Of a DNA stretch of 64,000 nt, positions 36,119-48,403 are shown piece by piece (the first letter of the stretch is position 1; each line of letters starts with the position of its first letter). This DNA is from Micavibrio sp. UBA6145 (lineage in GTDB: Bacteria; Pseudomonadota; Alphaproteobacteria; Micavibrionales; UBA1664). The notes beneath the pieces were generated by a model, which did no database searches, was not told where the DNA came from, and saw only the letters and a list, made by a program, of their open reading frames with translations. The stretch is from NCBI GenBank assembly GCA_002423205.1, contig DIUZ01000020.1, forward strand, positions 39,480 to 103,479, read 5' to 3'. The position numbers and the translations under genes were made by a program.

Positions 36119-37546
36119 TTAGAAGTGAATGGCGCGGCCATAGGCTGACAACACGCTTTCATGCATCATTTCCGACAGTGTCGGGTGGGCATAGACAGTG
36201 TGCATGAATTCGGCTTCGGTCAGTTCGTTGGTCTTACCAAGCACGTAACCCTGGATAAGTTCGGTGACTTCTGCACCGACCAGATGCGCGCCCAGCAATT
36301 CGCCGGTCTTGGCATCGAACACGGTTTTGATCAGACCTTCCGGTTCGCCGAGTGCAATCGCCTTGCCATTGCCGATGAACGGGAATTTACCGACTTTGAC
36401 GGTGTAGCCTTTTTCCTTCGCGGCCTTTTCCGTCAGGCCGACCGATGCCACCTGCGGTGTACAATAGGTGCAGCCGGGGATGTTTTCTTTTTTCATCGGA
36501 TGAACGTCTTTGAGGCCTGCGATTTTCTCAACGCAGATGATGCCTTCGTGTGACGCCTTATGCGCCAGCATCGGCGCACCGGCAACGTCGCCGATGGCAT
36601 AGACGCCAGGTTCACCGGTTTGCAGATACTGGTCCGTAACGATGAAGCCGCGGTCGACTTTGACCTTGGTGTTTTCAAGGCCGAGGTTTTCGGTGTTGGC
36701 GACAACGCCAACGGCCATGATGATGCGGTCCGCGGTCAGTTTTTCAACTTTGCCGCCGACTTCGACATGCGCGGTGACGTTGTTCGCGCCCTTATCAAGT
36801 TTTTGCAGCTTGGCACCGGTCAGGATTTTCATACCGCCCTTTTCCAGCTGCTTGCGGGCGATGGCAGAAATCTCTTCGTCTTCCACCGGCATGATGCGGT
36901 CAACGGCTTCGATCACCGTTACGTCCGCACCCATGTTGCGGTAGAAGGATGCAAATTCGATACCGATCGCGCCGGAGCCGACGACGATCAGGGATTTCGG
37001 CATTTCAGTCGGCACCATCGCTTCGCGGTAGGTCCAGACCAGTTTTTTGTCCGGCTCAAAGCCCGGGATGACACGGGCGCGTGCGCCGGTTGCGATGATA
37101 ATGTGCTTGGCGGTGATGATTTCGGTTTTCTCGACACCCTTCACGCCTTCCAGCCATTTGGACGGGCTGACTTCAATCTTGCCCTTGCCCTGCAATTTTG
37201 CGAGGCCCATGAGCACGGTGATCTTGTTTTTCTTCATCAGGTGGCCGATGCCGCCCGTAAGTTGTTTGGATACGGCGCGTGAGCGTTCAACGATTTTCTT
37301 GAAATCGAAGGTGACTTTCTCGGCCTTGAATCCGTACTGGTCGAGATTGTGCAGAAGGTGGTTGATCTCAGATGATTTCAGCAAGGCCTTGGTCGGGATG
37401 CAGCCCCAGTTGAGGCAGATGCCGCCGAGATGGCTGCCTTCGACCACGGCGACCTTCATGCCCAGTTGCGCGGCACGGATGGCGGCGACATAACCGCCGG
37501 GACCGGCACCGATTACAACGATGTCAAAAGAGGTTTCAGCGGTCAT
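36119..37546 (-). CDS. lpdA: Dihydrolipoyl dehydrogenase (E3 of the PDH complex)
   Basis: 475 aa with FDIVVIGAGPGGYVAA, the redox disulfide GGICLNWGCIPTK, and the C-terminal HAHPTLSE. Confidence 0.92.
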   Translation of the reverse strand: MTAETSFDIVVIGAGPGGYVAAIRAAQLGMKVAVVEGSHLGGICLNWGCIPTKALLKSSEINHLLHNLDQYGFKAEKVTFDFKKIVERSRAVSKQLTGGIGHLMKKNKITVLMGLAKLQGKGKIEVSPSKWLEGVKGVEKTEIITAKHIIIATGARARVIPGFEPDKKLVWTYREAMVPTEMPKSLIVVGSGAIGIEFASFYRNMGADVTVIEAVDRIMPVEDEEISAIARKQLEKGGMKILTGAKLQKLDKGANNVTAHVEVGGKVEKLTADRIIMAVGVVANTENLGLENTKVKVDRGFIVTDQYLQTGEPGVYAIGDVAGAPMLAHKASHEGIICVEKIAGLKDVHPMKKENIPGCTYCTPQVASVGLTEKAAKEKGYTVKVGKFPFIGNGKAIALGEPEGLIKTVFDAKTGELLGAHLVGAEVTELIQGYVLGKTNELTEAEFMHTVYAHPTLSEMMHESVLSAYGRAIHF

Positions 37547-38388
37547 TGCAGCAACTCCATCAGTTTTTCGGTGGGATAATCGGGTGTGTCGTGCGCGAGC
37601 AGGCCGTGCGCGGGGTAGGCGCGGCAGGTGGTGTTGAGAATAATCTCCCCCCTGCCCTTCATGACGGTGTCGCGGAAATCTTCGCTGTCGGACACTTTGA
37701 GAATTTCGTCGGCGGTAACGACCAGGTATTTCAGGTTGATATGCGCGGGCAGATCGCCGGATTTTGCAGCGATGTGCGCGTAGGCGTCTTTCATGGTCAT
37801 GCTGGCGGTCATTGGCGCATCTATTTCAATGCGCTCCGCAATCGCGGGGGCGGCCAGGAACATGGGGTTCCAGACGCGCATGATGCCCTGCATCGGGTCG
37901 GTGTCTACGCCTTGCGCGCCGGCATACAAAAGAAGCGATTGGATTTTATCGAGGGGCGCATCTTCCTGCGTCAGCGACCACAGGGCGGCAACCGCGCCGA
38001 ATGAATTACCGATGATGTCGATACGGGCGAAGGCATTGCGCAGGGCATCCAGAACAATCTGCGGTTCTTTCAGCCACGCCGCCATGGTTGATGGACCACC
38101 GCCAAGATGAGTCTCACCTTTTTGGCGCGCCTTCATCAGGCGGGCGGCATTGTTGACTGTGAACGGCGCATCAGGTGAATCGAGGCGCGTGCCAGCGTGC
38201 TTGATAACGCCAAGCGTAGCGCCATATTCCACGATTGCGGCGGCATGGCGTTGTTCAAATCGCGTTGCACCCAGACCGGGAAAGCCGGAGCACATCAGGA
38301 TCAGACGGTCTGATTTGGTATGGGGGGCGAAGAACTGCGCCTCCACAATCTGGCCGGCGTGTTCGAATGTCTGCCAGCTTACATGCAT
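37543..38388 (-). CDS. Alpha/beta-hydrolase-fold protein of unknown function embedded in the PDH operon
   Basis: 281 aa with a nucleophile-elbow-like GNSFG. Its stop overlaps the lpdA start (ATGA), and its start lies 3 nt after the pdhC stop. Confidence 0.5.
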   Translation of the reverse strand: MHVSWQTFEHAGQIVEAQFFAPHTKSDRLILMCSGFPGLGATRFEQRHAAAIVEYGATLGVIKHAGTRLDSPDAPFTVNNAARLMKARQKGETHLGGGPSTMAAWLKEPQIVLDALRNAFARIDIIGNSFGAVAALWSLTQEDAPLDKIQSLLLYAGAQGVDTDPMQGIMRVWNPMFLAAPAIAERIEIDAPMTASMTMKDAYAHIAAKSGDLPAHINLKYLVVTADEILKVSDSEDFRDTVMKGRGEIILNTTCRAYPAHGLLAHDTPDYPTEKLMELLQ

Positions 38389-38391
38389 GGC

Positions 38392-39657
38392 TTACACCAG
38401 CATCAGAATGGGGTTTTCAATGCAATCCTTGAACGCTTTCAGATACTCGGCGCCGACAGCTCCGTCGACAACACGGTGGTCGACCGACAGCGTGACCGAC
38501 ATGACGGTGCCGACGACGATCTGGCCGTTTTCAACAACCGGCTGTTCAACGCCTGCGCCGACGGCGAGGATGCATGCCTGCGGCGGGTTGATGATGGCGG
38601 CGAAGTCTTTGACGCCGTACATGCCAAGGTTGGAGATGGAGAATGTACCACCCTGATATTCGGACGGTTTGAGTTTACCGTCACGCGCACGTGCTGCCAG
38701 GTCCTTCATTTCGCTGGAGATCTGGGGCAGTGTTTTGTTCTGCGCTTCCTTGATGATCGGCGTAATCAGACCGTTGGGCGTAGCGACGGCGACAGAGATA
38801 TCGGCGTTTTTGTACTGAAGCACTTCGGTCTCAGCCCATGCCATGTTGGCAGCCGGGATTTTCATGAGGGCGGCCGCGACGGCCTTAATGACGAAGTCGT
38901 TGACCGAAAGCTTGTACTTGCCGCCCGCCGCATCGTTCAGCGCCGCGCGTGCCTTGAGCAGCGCGTCGATGCGGCAATCGGTGGTCAGGTAGAAATGCGG
39001 AATGGTCTGTTTCGATTCAGACAGGCGCGCCGCAATGGTTTTGCGCATGCCGGATACGGGTTGCGCGTCATACGACATACCCAGAAGGTCGGATAGTTGT
39101 CTTGCGCCGGGGCCGGACGGGACATTGCCTGCACGAGGTGCAGACGCCGCACCAGGTTTGGCGTTCTCAACGTCGGATTTCACGATACGTCCATGTGGGC
39201 CGGAACCACGGATGTTCGAAAGATTGATGCCTTTGTCTTTAGCTATACGACGTGCCAGCGGTGTTGCGAATACGCGTGCGCCGGAAGCCTGTGCAACCGG
39301 TGCAGCAGCAGGAGCAGCGGCGGTGGTTTTGGTTTCAGCCTGTGCCGTTGAGGCCGTGGCCGGTTTCTTGCCATTGTCGTTGGCCAGATACGCGTCGATG
39401 GTGCTGGCATCTTCACCGTCTTCCAGAAGGACGGCGATCAGTTTGTTGACGGGTACGCCTTCCGTCCCCGCGGGCACCAGGATTTTACCGATTTTACCGC
39501 TGTCGACGGCTTCGACTTCCATCGTCGCCTTGTCGGTTTCAATCTCGGCGATGACTTCGCCGGGCTTGATCTTGTCGCCTTCCTTTTTGGTCCATTTGGC
39601 CAGTTTGCCTTCCGTCATCGTCGGGCTCAGGGCGGGCATAAGGATGGAAATGGGCAT
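38392..39657 (-). CDS. pdhC: Dihydrolipoamide acetyltransferase (E2 of PDH)
   Basis: 421 aa with a lipoyl domain ([13 protein letters not shown]), a peripheral-subunit-binding domain (ATPLARRIAKDKGINL) and a catalytic domain (DHRVVDG). Confidence 0.92.
   Translation of the reverse strand: MPISILMPALSPTMTEGKLAKWTKKEGDKIKPGEVIAEIETDKATMEVEAVDSGKIGKILVPAGTEGVPVNKLIAVLLEDGEDASTIDAYLANDNGKKPATASTAQAETKTTAAAPAAAPVAQASGARVFATPLARRIAKDKGINLSNIRGSGPHGRIVKSDVENAKPGAASAPRAGNVPSGPGARQLSDLLGMSYDAQPVSGMRKTIAARLSESKQTIPHFYLTTDCRIDALLKARAALNDAAGGKYKLSVNDFVIKAVAAALMKIPAANMAWAETEVLQYKNADISVAVATPNGLITPIIKEAQNKTLPQISSEMKDLAARARDGKLKPSEYQGGTFSISNLGMYGVKDFAAIINPPQACILAVGAGVEQPVVENGQIVVGTVMSVTLSVDHRVVDGAVGAEYLKAFKDCIENPILMLV
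39418..39657 (-). repeat. Lipoyl-domain module of pdhC, copy 1 of a dispersed ~240-bp direct repeat
   Basis: The first ~80 aa are ~85% identical to the first ~80 aa of pdhB. The DNA shares long identical runs, for example CTTCCATCGTCGCCTTGTCGGTTTC. Confidence 0.8.
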
Positions 39658-39708
39658 TCGTCAAACTCCAGCTAAAGAGACAGAAAATTTCGGTTTTACC
39701 AAGTTGGC

Positions 39709-39739
39709 AACAAGCCCCGCACCATCTGCGGGGCTTGTT
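39709..39739. other. Perfect 12-bp stem-loop between pdhB and pdhC (intra-operon hairpin or terminator-like element)
   Basis: AACAAGCCCCGC-ACCATCT-GCGGGGCTTGTT. The T-run (GTTTTATTT) follows it on the + strand, not on the strand of the pdh genes. Confidence 0.5.
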
Positions 39740-39742
39740 GTT

Positions 39743-41176
39743 TTATTTGTTCACCAGTTCGCGTGCCTTGTTGACGATGTCATCAACCTGCGGCAGTGCG
39801 AGTTTTTCAAGATTGTTGGCGTAGGGCAGCGGCACGTCTTTTGCGCCGACGCGTGCAACCGGCGCATCGAGGTAGTCAAACGCGTGTTCGTTCACCAGCG
39901 CGGCGATCTCTGCGCCGATACCGGCGTAGAGCCACCCCTCTTCCACTGAAACAATGCGGTTTGTCTTCTTGACCGACTCCAGAATTGTCCATGTGTCGAG
40001 CGGGCGGATGGAACGCAGGTTGATGACTTCGGCGCTGATGCCGGCCTCAGCCAGTTTTTCAGCCGCCTGCATCGCCTTGCCGACCATGATGGAGAATGCC
40101 ACGAGCGTGACATCGGTGCCTTCACGTTCCACGCGGGCGCGGCCGATGGGAACCACGAAGTCGTCGTTGGACGGGCATTCAAACGACTGGCCGTACATGA
40201 TTTCGTTTTCAAGAAAGACGACCGGGTTCGGGTCCTTGATCGCGGCCTTCATCAGGCCCTTGGCGTCAGCCGCAGACCACGGTGCAACCACTTTGAGGCC
40301 CGGGATGTGGCCATACCACGAGGCATAGCACTGAGAGTGCTGAGCACCTACGCGGGCAGCGGCACCGTTGGGACCACGGAACACAATGGGGCAACCCAGC
40401 TGGCCCCCAGCCATATACAACGTCTTGGCAGCGGAGTTGATGATGTGGTCGATGGCCTGCATTGCGAAGTTCATGGTCATGAATTCGACAATCGGTTTTA
40501 GGCCACGGAAGGCAGAGCCGACAGCAAGGCCGGCAAAGCCGTGTTCGGTGATCGGTGTGTCGATGACACGCTTGGGACCGAATTCGTCCAGCATGCCCTG
40601 CGAGATTTTGTACGCGCCCTGGTACTGCGCGACTTCCTCGCCCATCAGGTAGACGGATTCGTCTTTGCGCATTTCTTCGGACATACCGGCACGGAGTGCT
40701 TCGCGCACGGTCATGGTTACGGTGTTTTGCGTATAGGAATTTTCATCGAATACAGGCGGTTCGATGACTTTTCCTTGCGCATACAGGATATCGCGGTTGG
40801 TGATGTGCGCACCGGCGGAACCGGCAGATGCGGTTGCCGTGGTTTGCACTGGGGCTGCTTCCTTGGGCGCATCAGCCGAAAGGCCAGGACGTCCGCAGGC
40901 GAATAATGCGTTCGGGATGTCAGCAGCCTGTTCGCCGTCTTCCAGCAGAACAGCGATCGGGGTGTTCACCTGAACGCCTTCAGTGCCGGCAGGTACCAGG
41001 ATTTTACCGATGACGCCAGCGTCGACGGCTTCAACTTCCATCGTCGCCTTGTCGGTTTCGATTTCGGCGATGACTTCACCCGGTTTTACCTTGTCGCCCT
41101 CGTTCTTGGTCCATTTGGAAAGCTTGCCTTCCGTCATGGTCGGGGACAGTGCGGGCATGAGAATTTGTGTAGCCAT
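39743..41176 (-). CDS. pdhB: Pyruvate dehydrogenase E1 beta subunit with N-terminal lipoyl domain
   Basis: 477 aa with an N-terminal lipoyl domain ([13 protein letters not shown]) and then a transketolase-like E1-beta body ([13 protein letters not shown]...). Confidence 0.93.
   Translation of the reverse strand: MATQILMPALSPTMTEGKLSKWTKNEGDKVKPGEVIAEIETDKATMEVEAVDAGVIGKILVPAGTEGVQVNTPIAVLLEDGEQAADIPNALFACGRPGLSADAPKEAAPVQTTATASAGSAGAHITNRDILYAQGKVIEPPVFDENSYTQNTVTMTVREALRAGMSEEMRKDESVYLMGEEVAQYQGAYKISQGMLDEFGPKRVIDTPITEHGFAGLAVGSAFRGLKPIVEFMTMNFAMQAIDHIINSAAKTLYMAGGQLGCPIVFRGPNGAAARVGAQHSQCYASWYGHIPGLKVVAPWSAADAKGLMKAAIKDPNPVVFLENEIMYGQSFECPSNDDFVVPIGRARVEREGTDVTLVAFSIMVGKAMQAAEKLAEAGISAEVINLRSIRPLDTWTILESVKKTNRIVSVEEGWLYAGIGAEIAALVNEHAFDYLDAPVARVGAKDVPLPYANNLEKLALPQVDDIVNKARELVNK
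40937..41176 (-). repeat. Lipoyl-domain module of pdhB, copy 2 of the dispersed repeat
   Basis: See 39418..39657. Confidence 0.8.
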
Positions 41177-41181
41177 GGTGA

Positions 41182-42210
41182 TTATGCCTCCACCGGTTTC
41201 AGGATGTCAGTCCAGAGTTCATCCGGGTGCGGTTCAGGGGATTGCTGTGCGAATTCGGCGGACTCGTTGACGATTGCCTTGATCTCTTTTTCGAAGGGAT
41301 TGAAGTCCTCTTCGGACATGCCGAGTTCCTTCATCATCAGTGCCTTCAGTTTTTCAATCGGGTCGCGTTCGGCCTTGGCCTTTTCCAGTTCTTCCTTCGA
41401 CCGGTATTTGCCGGGGTCGGACATGGAGTGGCCGCGGAAACGGTAGGTGCTCATTTCCAGCACATACGGACCGTTGCCGGAGCGCACGTAATCGAGCGCC
41501 TGACGCGCGACGTTCTGAACGGTCAGCACGTCGGAGCCGTCAACCTTCTCGCCCGGGATACCGAACGATGCGCCGCGCTGGTAAAATTCACCGGCGGCGT
41601 GACGCTTGGTCGATGTGCCCATGCCGTACTGGTTGTTTTCAATGATGTAGAGAACGGGCAGTTTCCACAGTGCCGCCATGTTCATGCATTCAAAGAACTG
41701 GCCCTGGTTGGATGCGCCGTCGCCGGAATAGACAACCGCCACACCCTTATCGCCCTGATACTGGTGCGCGAAGGCAAGACCGGTACCGAGTGACGCCGAT
41801 GCGCCGACGATACCGTGACCGCCGTAGAATTTGGCCTCGCTTGAGAACATGTGCATCGAGCCGCCCTTGCCGCGCGAATAGCCGCCTTCGCGGCCCGTCA
41901 GTTCGGCCATGACGCCCTTGGCATCCATGCCGCAGGCCAGCATGTGGCCGTGGTCGCGGTAAGTGGTGATGACGGTATCCTGCGGTTCCTGTACCGACTG
42001 GATGCCCGTAACGATGGCTTCCTGGCCGATATAGAGGTGGCAGAAACCACCGATCAGGCCCATGCCGTAAAGCTGTCCGGCTTTCTCTTCAAAGCGGCGG
42101 ATCAGAAGCATGTTGCGGTAGAGTTGTTTGAGCTCGGCCGCCTCGGGGATTTTGCTGGTATTCGAGATGGCGCTGGAGGCGTCGGACTTGGCTTTTTTAA
42201 CTGATGCCAC
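41182..42210 (-). CDS. pdhA: Pyruvate dehydrogenase E1 alpha subunit
   Basis: The ORF track extends to 42339. I prefer the GTG at 42210, preceded by AGGAGA plus 6 nt, which gives (M)ASVKKAKSD...[17 protein letters not shown] (342 aa, the usual length). TPP motif GDGASNQG. Confidence 0.88.
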   Translation of the reverse strand: MASVKKAKSDASSAISNTSKIPEAAELKQLYRNMLLIRRFEEKAGQLYGMGLIGGFCHLYIGQEAIVTGIQSVQEPQDTVITTYRDHGHMLACGMDAKGVMAELTGREGGYSRGKGGSMHMFSSEAKFYGGHGIVGASASLGTGLAFAHQYQGDKGVAVVYSGDGASNQGQFFECMNMAALWKLPVLYIIENNQYGMGTSTKRHAAGEFYQRGASFGIPGEKVDGSDVLTVQNVARQALDYVRSGNGPYVLEMSTYRFRGHSMSDPGKYRSKEELEKAKAERDPIEKLKALMMKELGMSEEDFNPFEKEIKAIVNESAEFAQQSPEPHPDELWTDILKPVEA

Positions 42211-42393
42211 AGATAATCTCCTGCTATGAAACGTGTGGGCAGAGAAATACCTAATTTGCATTCCTCTGGCCAGCGAAAAAGAACGGTTTGTGCAGCGCAA
42301 TATTTTGATATAATTAGAAAAAAGCGGCATCGCATACAAACCGCGACATTCTCACACGTTTTATTTGCATAATACCTATATTTGCGATAAGAA

Positions 42394-42885
42394 GTGCCCC
42401 AGATGATTATGAAGCCCATTTCAGCCCTTCACCTGCCTGCGACTTATATCAAGTCGCCGGAGGACTTCATTACCACCACATTCGTCGAAATGGGGGTGGT
42501 TGGCCGTGCCTCTGATATTACCGACGATATGCGCCGCGATGCCTGCGCGTTACAGACTTACGGACAGATCATGTTCCTGCTGAAGGATAAGCTCAGCCTT
42601 GAACAGGTTGGGCCTTTTTATGCGGGCACATTCAGTGAAGATGCCCCGCTGGCCCAGCAGGCCTTGCGCGAAGTCATTGCCCGCCGCATGCAACGCTCAA
42701 CCATTCCCGGCGACGACCGCACTGCCATGAAACTGGCGACCGAAGGTCTGGACCGTCTGGTACGCAAATATCTGGATTATGCCGTGTTTGCGCAAAACCT
42801 GCACGATCTGGATCGCCTCGCGCACCGTTTCTGCAATTCACTTCCCGGTAATGGCCGCACGCACAAGGCGTTTACACCCGGCTAA
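42394..42885 (+). CDS. Hypothetical protein inserted between pdhA and ftsB
   Basis: 163-aa ORF with alternative ATGs at 42403 and 42409. I recognise no motif, but its composition is ordinary for this genome. Confidence 0.4.
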   Translation: MPQMIMKPISALHLPATYIKSPEDFITTTFVEMGVVGRASDITDDMRRDACALQTYGQIMFLLKDKLSLEQVGPFYAGTFSEDAPLAQQALREVIARRMQRSTIPGDDRTAMKLATEGLDRLVRKYLDYAVFAQNLHDLDRLAHRFCNSLPGNGRTHKAFTPG

Positions 42886-42906
42886 ACTTTCACCAAGACG
42901 GCAATA

Positions 42907-43215
42907 TTACATTTTCAGAGATTTGGTATCGGCACCGCGGGGGCCGAGCAGGCTTTGCGCCTGTTGCTCAACCAGGTCCCAATCCAGGGAACCCGGGCGC
43001 ATGCGCACGACACGGTCCTCGATGCCGGCGCGTTGCGTGTGCACCGCGTTTAGATGGCTAGATAGCTGCGCCTCCTGCACTTCCAGTGCCCGCATGCTGA
43101 AGATGGAGTTTGATCCGAACAACAGATAAAACCCGCACCACGCACAGACGAACGTGGAAATGATGACCGGCAGGGCCGACAAGATGTCGTGGCGAAACTT
43201 CATAAACCGCTTCAT
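42907..43215 (-). CDS. ftsB: Septum formation initiator (FtsB/DivIC family)
   Basis: 102 aa with a single N-terminal TM (ALPVIISTFVCAWCGFYLLFG) followed by a coiled-coil. Its eno...ftsB...pdhA position is conserved in alphaproteobacteria. Confidence 0.7.
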   Translation of the reverse strand: MKRFMKFRHDILSALPVIISTFVCAWCGFYLLFGSNSIFSMRALEVQEAQLSSHLNAVHTQRAGIEDRVVRMRPGSLDWDLVEQQAQSLLGPRGADTKSLKM

Positions 43216-43224
43216 AGATTGATT

Positions 43225-43316
43225 GAATCACATGCGATTCGCGGCCGTCAAAGGGTTTGATTCGCGCGTTTTGCTAAGTGATTCAAAAGATTCACTTCTT
43301 TTATTTTAACAGATTC
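43225..43316. promoter_or_regulatory. Cluster of six GANTC (CcrM methylation) sites in the ftsB/permease divergent promoter region
   Basis: GAATC at 43225. GATTC at 43236, 43259, 43280, 43289 and 43312. The embedded direct repeats are TGATTCGCG x2 and GATTCAC x2-3. Confidence 0.5.
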
Positions 43317-43372
43317 ACGCCTGCGGCCTATGGCCCGTTTCGTTCTATATTTGTTTGCAATAGAGTGGCTGC

Positions 43373-45951
<2,579 letters not shown>

Positions 45952-46782
45952 TTAGGCCTTCTTTTTAATGAGTTGGTCAATTTCGAGAAGCGTTTCGAGA
46001 ACGCCGGGGAAGTCGGTGAGTTTGATCATGTTCGGGCCGTCGGACGGTGCATTGTCCGGGTCCTGATGGGTTTCCATGAACAGGCCGGCAACGCCGACAG
46101 CAACGGCGGCGCGTGCCAGCACCGGCACCATGCGGCGGTCACCGCCGGATGTCGTGCCATTGCCGCCCGGCTGCTGAACCGAATGCGTAGCATCGAAAAT
46201 AACCGGGTATCCGGTTTCAGCCATGATCGGCAGGCTGCGCATGTCGGATACGAGCGTGTTGTAACCAAACGATGCGCCGCGTTCGCAGAGCATGATGTTT
46301 TCGTTGCCTGTCGATGCGATTTTGGCCGCGACGTGTTTCATGTCCCACGGGGCCAGGAACTGGCCCTTTTTGACGTTGATGGCCTTGCCGGTTTTACCGG
46401 CGGCGATCAGTAGGTCAGTCTGGCGGCACAGGAAGGCCGGGATCTGCAGAATGTCGGCGGCCTTGGCCACTTCGGCGCATTGCCAGGGTTCATGCACATC
46501 GGTCATGACCGGCATACCGAATTGTTGCTTGATGTCGGCGAAAATGGTCAGCGCCTCGTCCAGGCCCGGACCGCGTGCGGAGCCGATGGATGAGCGATTT
46601 GCCTTGTCGAAGGACGTCTTGTAAATGACGCCGATCCCAAGCTTGTCGCAGGTTTCCTTGATGGCCCCTGCCATATCGAAGGCATGCTGACGGCTTTCAA
46701 GGACGCAGGGTCCGGCCATCAGGGAAATAGGGGCGTTATTGGCAAATGTAGTCGATCCGACAGAGACTTTTTTCATGGTCAC
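45952..46782 (-). CDS. kdsA: 3-deoxy-8-phosphooctulonate (KDO-8-P) synthase
   Basis: 276 aa with GPCVLES...[11 protein letters not shown]...DATHSVQ. Confidence 0.95.
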   Translation of the reverse strand: MTMKKVSVGSTTFANNAPISLMAGPCVLESRQHAFDMAGAIKETCDKLGIGVIYKTSFDKANRSSIGSARGPGLDEALTIFADIKQQFGMPVMTDVHEPWQCAEVAKAADILQIPAFLCRQTDLLIAAGKTGKAINVKKGQFLAPWDMKHVAAKIASTGNENIMLCERGASFGYNTLVSDMRSLPIMAETGYPVIFDATHSVQQPGGNGTTSGGDRRMVPVLARAAVAVGVAGLFMETHQDPDNAPSDGPNMIKLTDFPGVLETLLEIDQLIKKKA

Positions 46783-46840
46783 TGAGAATAGGTGACTGAG
46801 GCCTTGTCGGAAAGGCCTAATATATTGCCATAACGAATAT

Positions 46841-47389
46841 TTAGATGACGGGGATCGCTGGTGCGGTGGACCGGGTGGCCCGAATGATGGCTTCGCTGGT
46901 CATGCATGCGCCTGCGCCCATCATGACGGGATCATTCAGCACGACCCCCGAACCCAGAAGCGACAGGCCGCCCGCCATCGACAGGCCTGTATGTGTGCTG
47001 CTGGCGATGTCGTTGTAGCGGCGCTTGATGTTCGCGGTCAGGATTGTGCCCTGGCTTGCGGCCATCAGCACGCCACCGACAAAATATGCAGGGTCGGCAA
47101 TGCCGGCACCAATACCGGCCACCATGGCAGCACCAAAAGTTGCGCCCGCGTTGCCGATAATTTCCAGACGTCCGCCAAGCGGTATTTGTTTTTTGCGCAC
47201 GACGCTGAATGCTTCCATCAATGCGCCGGCAGCCATGAAGCCGCCACCGATTGAAATGATCGGATGGGCATCTGAAAGGGCAAGCGCCGTGCCGGCGAGA
47301 ACCTTGAATGTGGGGGAAACCAGTTTGCCGACGGATGCAGCGAGGTGATTGAATGTGTTTTTCATGATGGGAAAATACGCCCCACCCAT
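46841..47389 (-). CDS. Hypothetical Gly/Ala-rich membrane protein
   Basis: 182-aa ORF with an alternative ATG at 47365. It has GxxxG/glycine-zipper-like stretches ([26 protein letters not shown]). I recognise no family. Confidence 0.4.
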   Translation of the reverse strand: MGGAYFPIMKNTFNHLAASVGKLVSPTFKVLAGTALALSDAHPIISIGGGFMAAGALMEAFSVVRKKQIPLGGRLEIIGNAGATFGAAMVAGIGAGIADPAYFVGGVLMAASQGTILTANIKRRYNDIASSTHTGLSMAGGLSLLGSGVVLNDPVMMGAGACMTSEAIIRATRSTAPAIPVI

Positions 47390-47458
47390 AAGTTTTGCAA
47401 TTTATATGAAAACCTTTTGGTTTTCTCAATTTGGGTGCGTCCAAGCCTTGGAAAAAGC

Positions 47459-48403
47459 TCAGGCGCGGGGGTGCGCCTTCTTGAAGGTTTCCAGCAGCTG
47501 GGTGTAATCGACTTCCGTATAACGCTGCGTCGTGGTCAGGGATGAGTGGCCGAGGAGTTCCTGGATTTCGCGCAAATTCATCCCCTCGCCCAGCAGATGC
47601 GTGGCGTAGGAATGGCGCAGGGCGTGCGGTGTTGCGGTTTCACCCAACCCCATGCGCACGCGCAGTGCGCGCATGCGTTTTTGTACCATGCCGGGGTTGA
47701 GGCGGTCGCCGCGCACGCCAATGAATAATGGCCGGTCATCGGTTTCAACTTCAGGACAGGCTTCACGGTAAGCGCGGATAAGACTGACGGACTGTGGCAG
47801 CAGCGGGACTTCGCGCTGTTTGTTGCCTTTACCGGTGATACGGATCATGTCGGTTGCTTCATCAATGTTCCTGATGTTGAGCGAGAGGCCCTCGCTGATA
47901 CGTAAGCCAGAGCCGTAGAGCAGACCGAACAATGCCATGTCGCGCAGATCGGTCCAGTCGCCGCCTTCCATCGTATCCAGCATTTCAAAAATGCGCGGCG
48001 CTTCCAGCGGGCGCGGTACTTTGTGCGGCACTTTTGGCGTGGTCATCAGTTTCAGTGCGGCGTTATGCAGGATGCCGTTGAAATCCATCCATTTGAAAAA
48101 AGTGCGAAGAGATGACAATGCGCGTGCGCGTGTTGTCGATGAATTGCCCTTTAATGCCTTTTTTGAGAGATAGCCGCGAAAGTCGCGCAAGGCCGCGTCG
48201 GAAATATCCTTGAGACCGACGGGCGCGCCAAGGTGATTGTTCATGTATCCCAGAAACTGGCGGATATCGGAATCATATGCACGAAGGGTGTGGCGCGAGA
48301 CGCGGCGCTCACCACTTAAAGTGGCCAGCCACGTGGAAACAGCCTGAAGCAGGTCAGGCTGGCACATACCTTCAAGGGGATTTACGCCGGGACGTCCAGC
48401 CAT
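47459..48403 (-). CDS. xerC: Tyrosine site-specific recombinase XerC (XerC/XerD family)
   Basis: 314 aa with the catalytic region ...TPHALRHSYATHLL...LGHSSLTTTQRYTEV. An alternative ATG at 48367 is possible. It follows a DUF484 gene, the usual partner of xerC. Confidence 0.8.
   Translation of the reverse strand: MAGRPGVNPLEGMCQPDLLQAVSTWLATLSGERRVSRHTLRAYDSDIRQFLGYMNNHLGAPVGLKDISDAALRDFRGYLSKKALKGNSSTTRARALSSLRTFFKWMDFNGILHNAALKLMTTPKVPHKVPRPLEAPRIFEMLDTMEGGDWTDLRDMALFGLLYGSGLRISEGLSLNIRNIDEATDMIRITGKGNKQREVPLLPQSVSLIRAYREACPEVETDDRPLFIGVRGDRLNPGMVQKRMRALRVRMGLGETATPHALRHSYATHLLGEGMNLREIQELLGHSSLTTTQRYTEVDYTQLLETFKKAHPRA

Noticed and set aside
41182-42339. N-terminal extensions given by the ORF track for pdhA (to 42339), trpC (to 5262), the dCMP-deaminase-like gene (from 54044), cinA (from 31245), lpdA-2 (to 50636), hfq (to 25519), ssb (to 62670) and the DUF2059-like gene (to 62249)
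   Set aside because: The extensions overlap neighbouring genes or the tRNA, are compositionally odd (Arg-rich), and often begin at TTG. Internal ATG/GTG/TTG starts with Shine-Dalgarno-like sequences give proteins of canonical length.
47459-48403. Tyrosine recombinase as the integrase of a genomic island, with the nearby orphan gene as cargo
   Set aside because: It is paired with a DUF484 gene as chromosomal xerC usually is. It has XerC/D-type catalytic motifs. I saw no tRNA, attachment-site repeats or phage/plasmid genes beside it.
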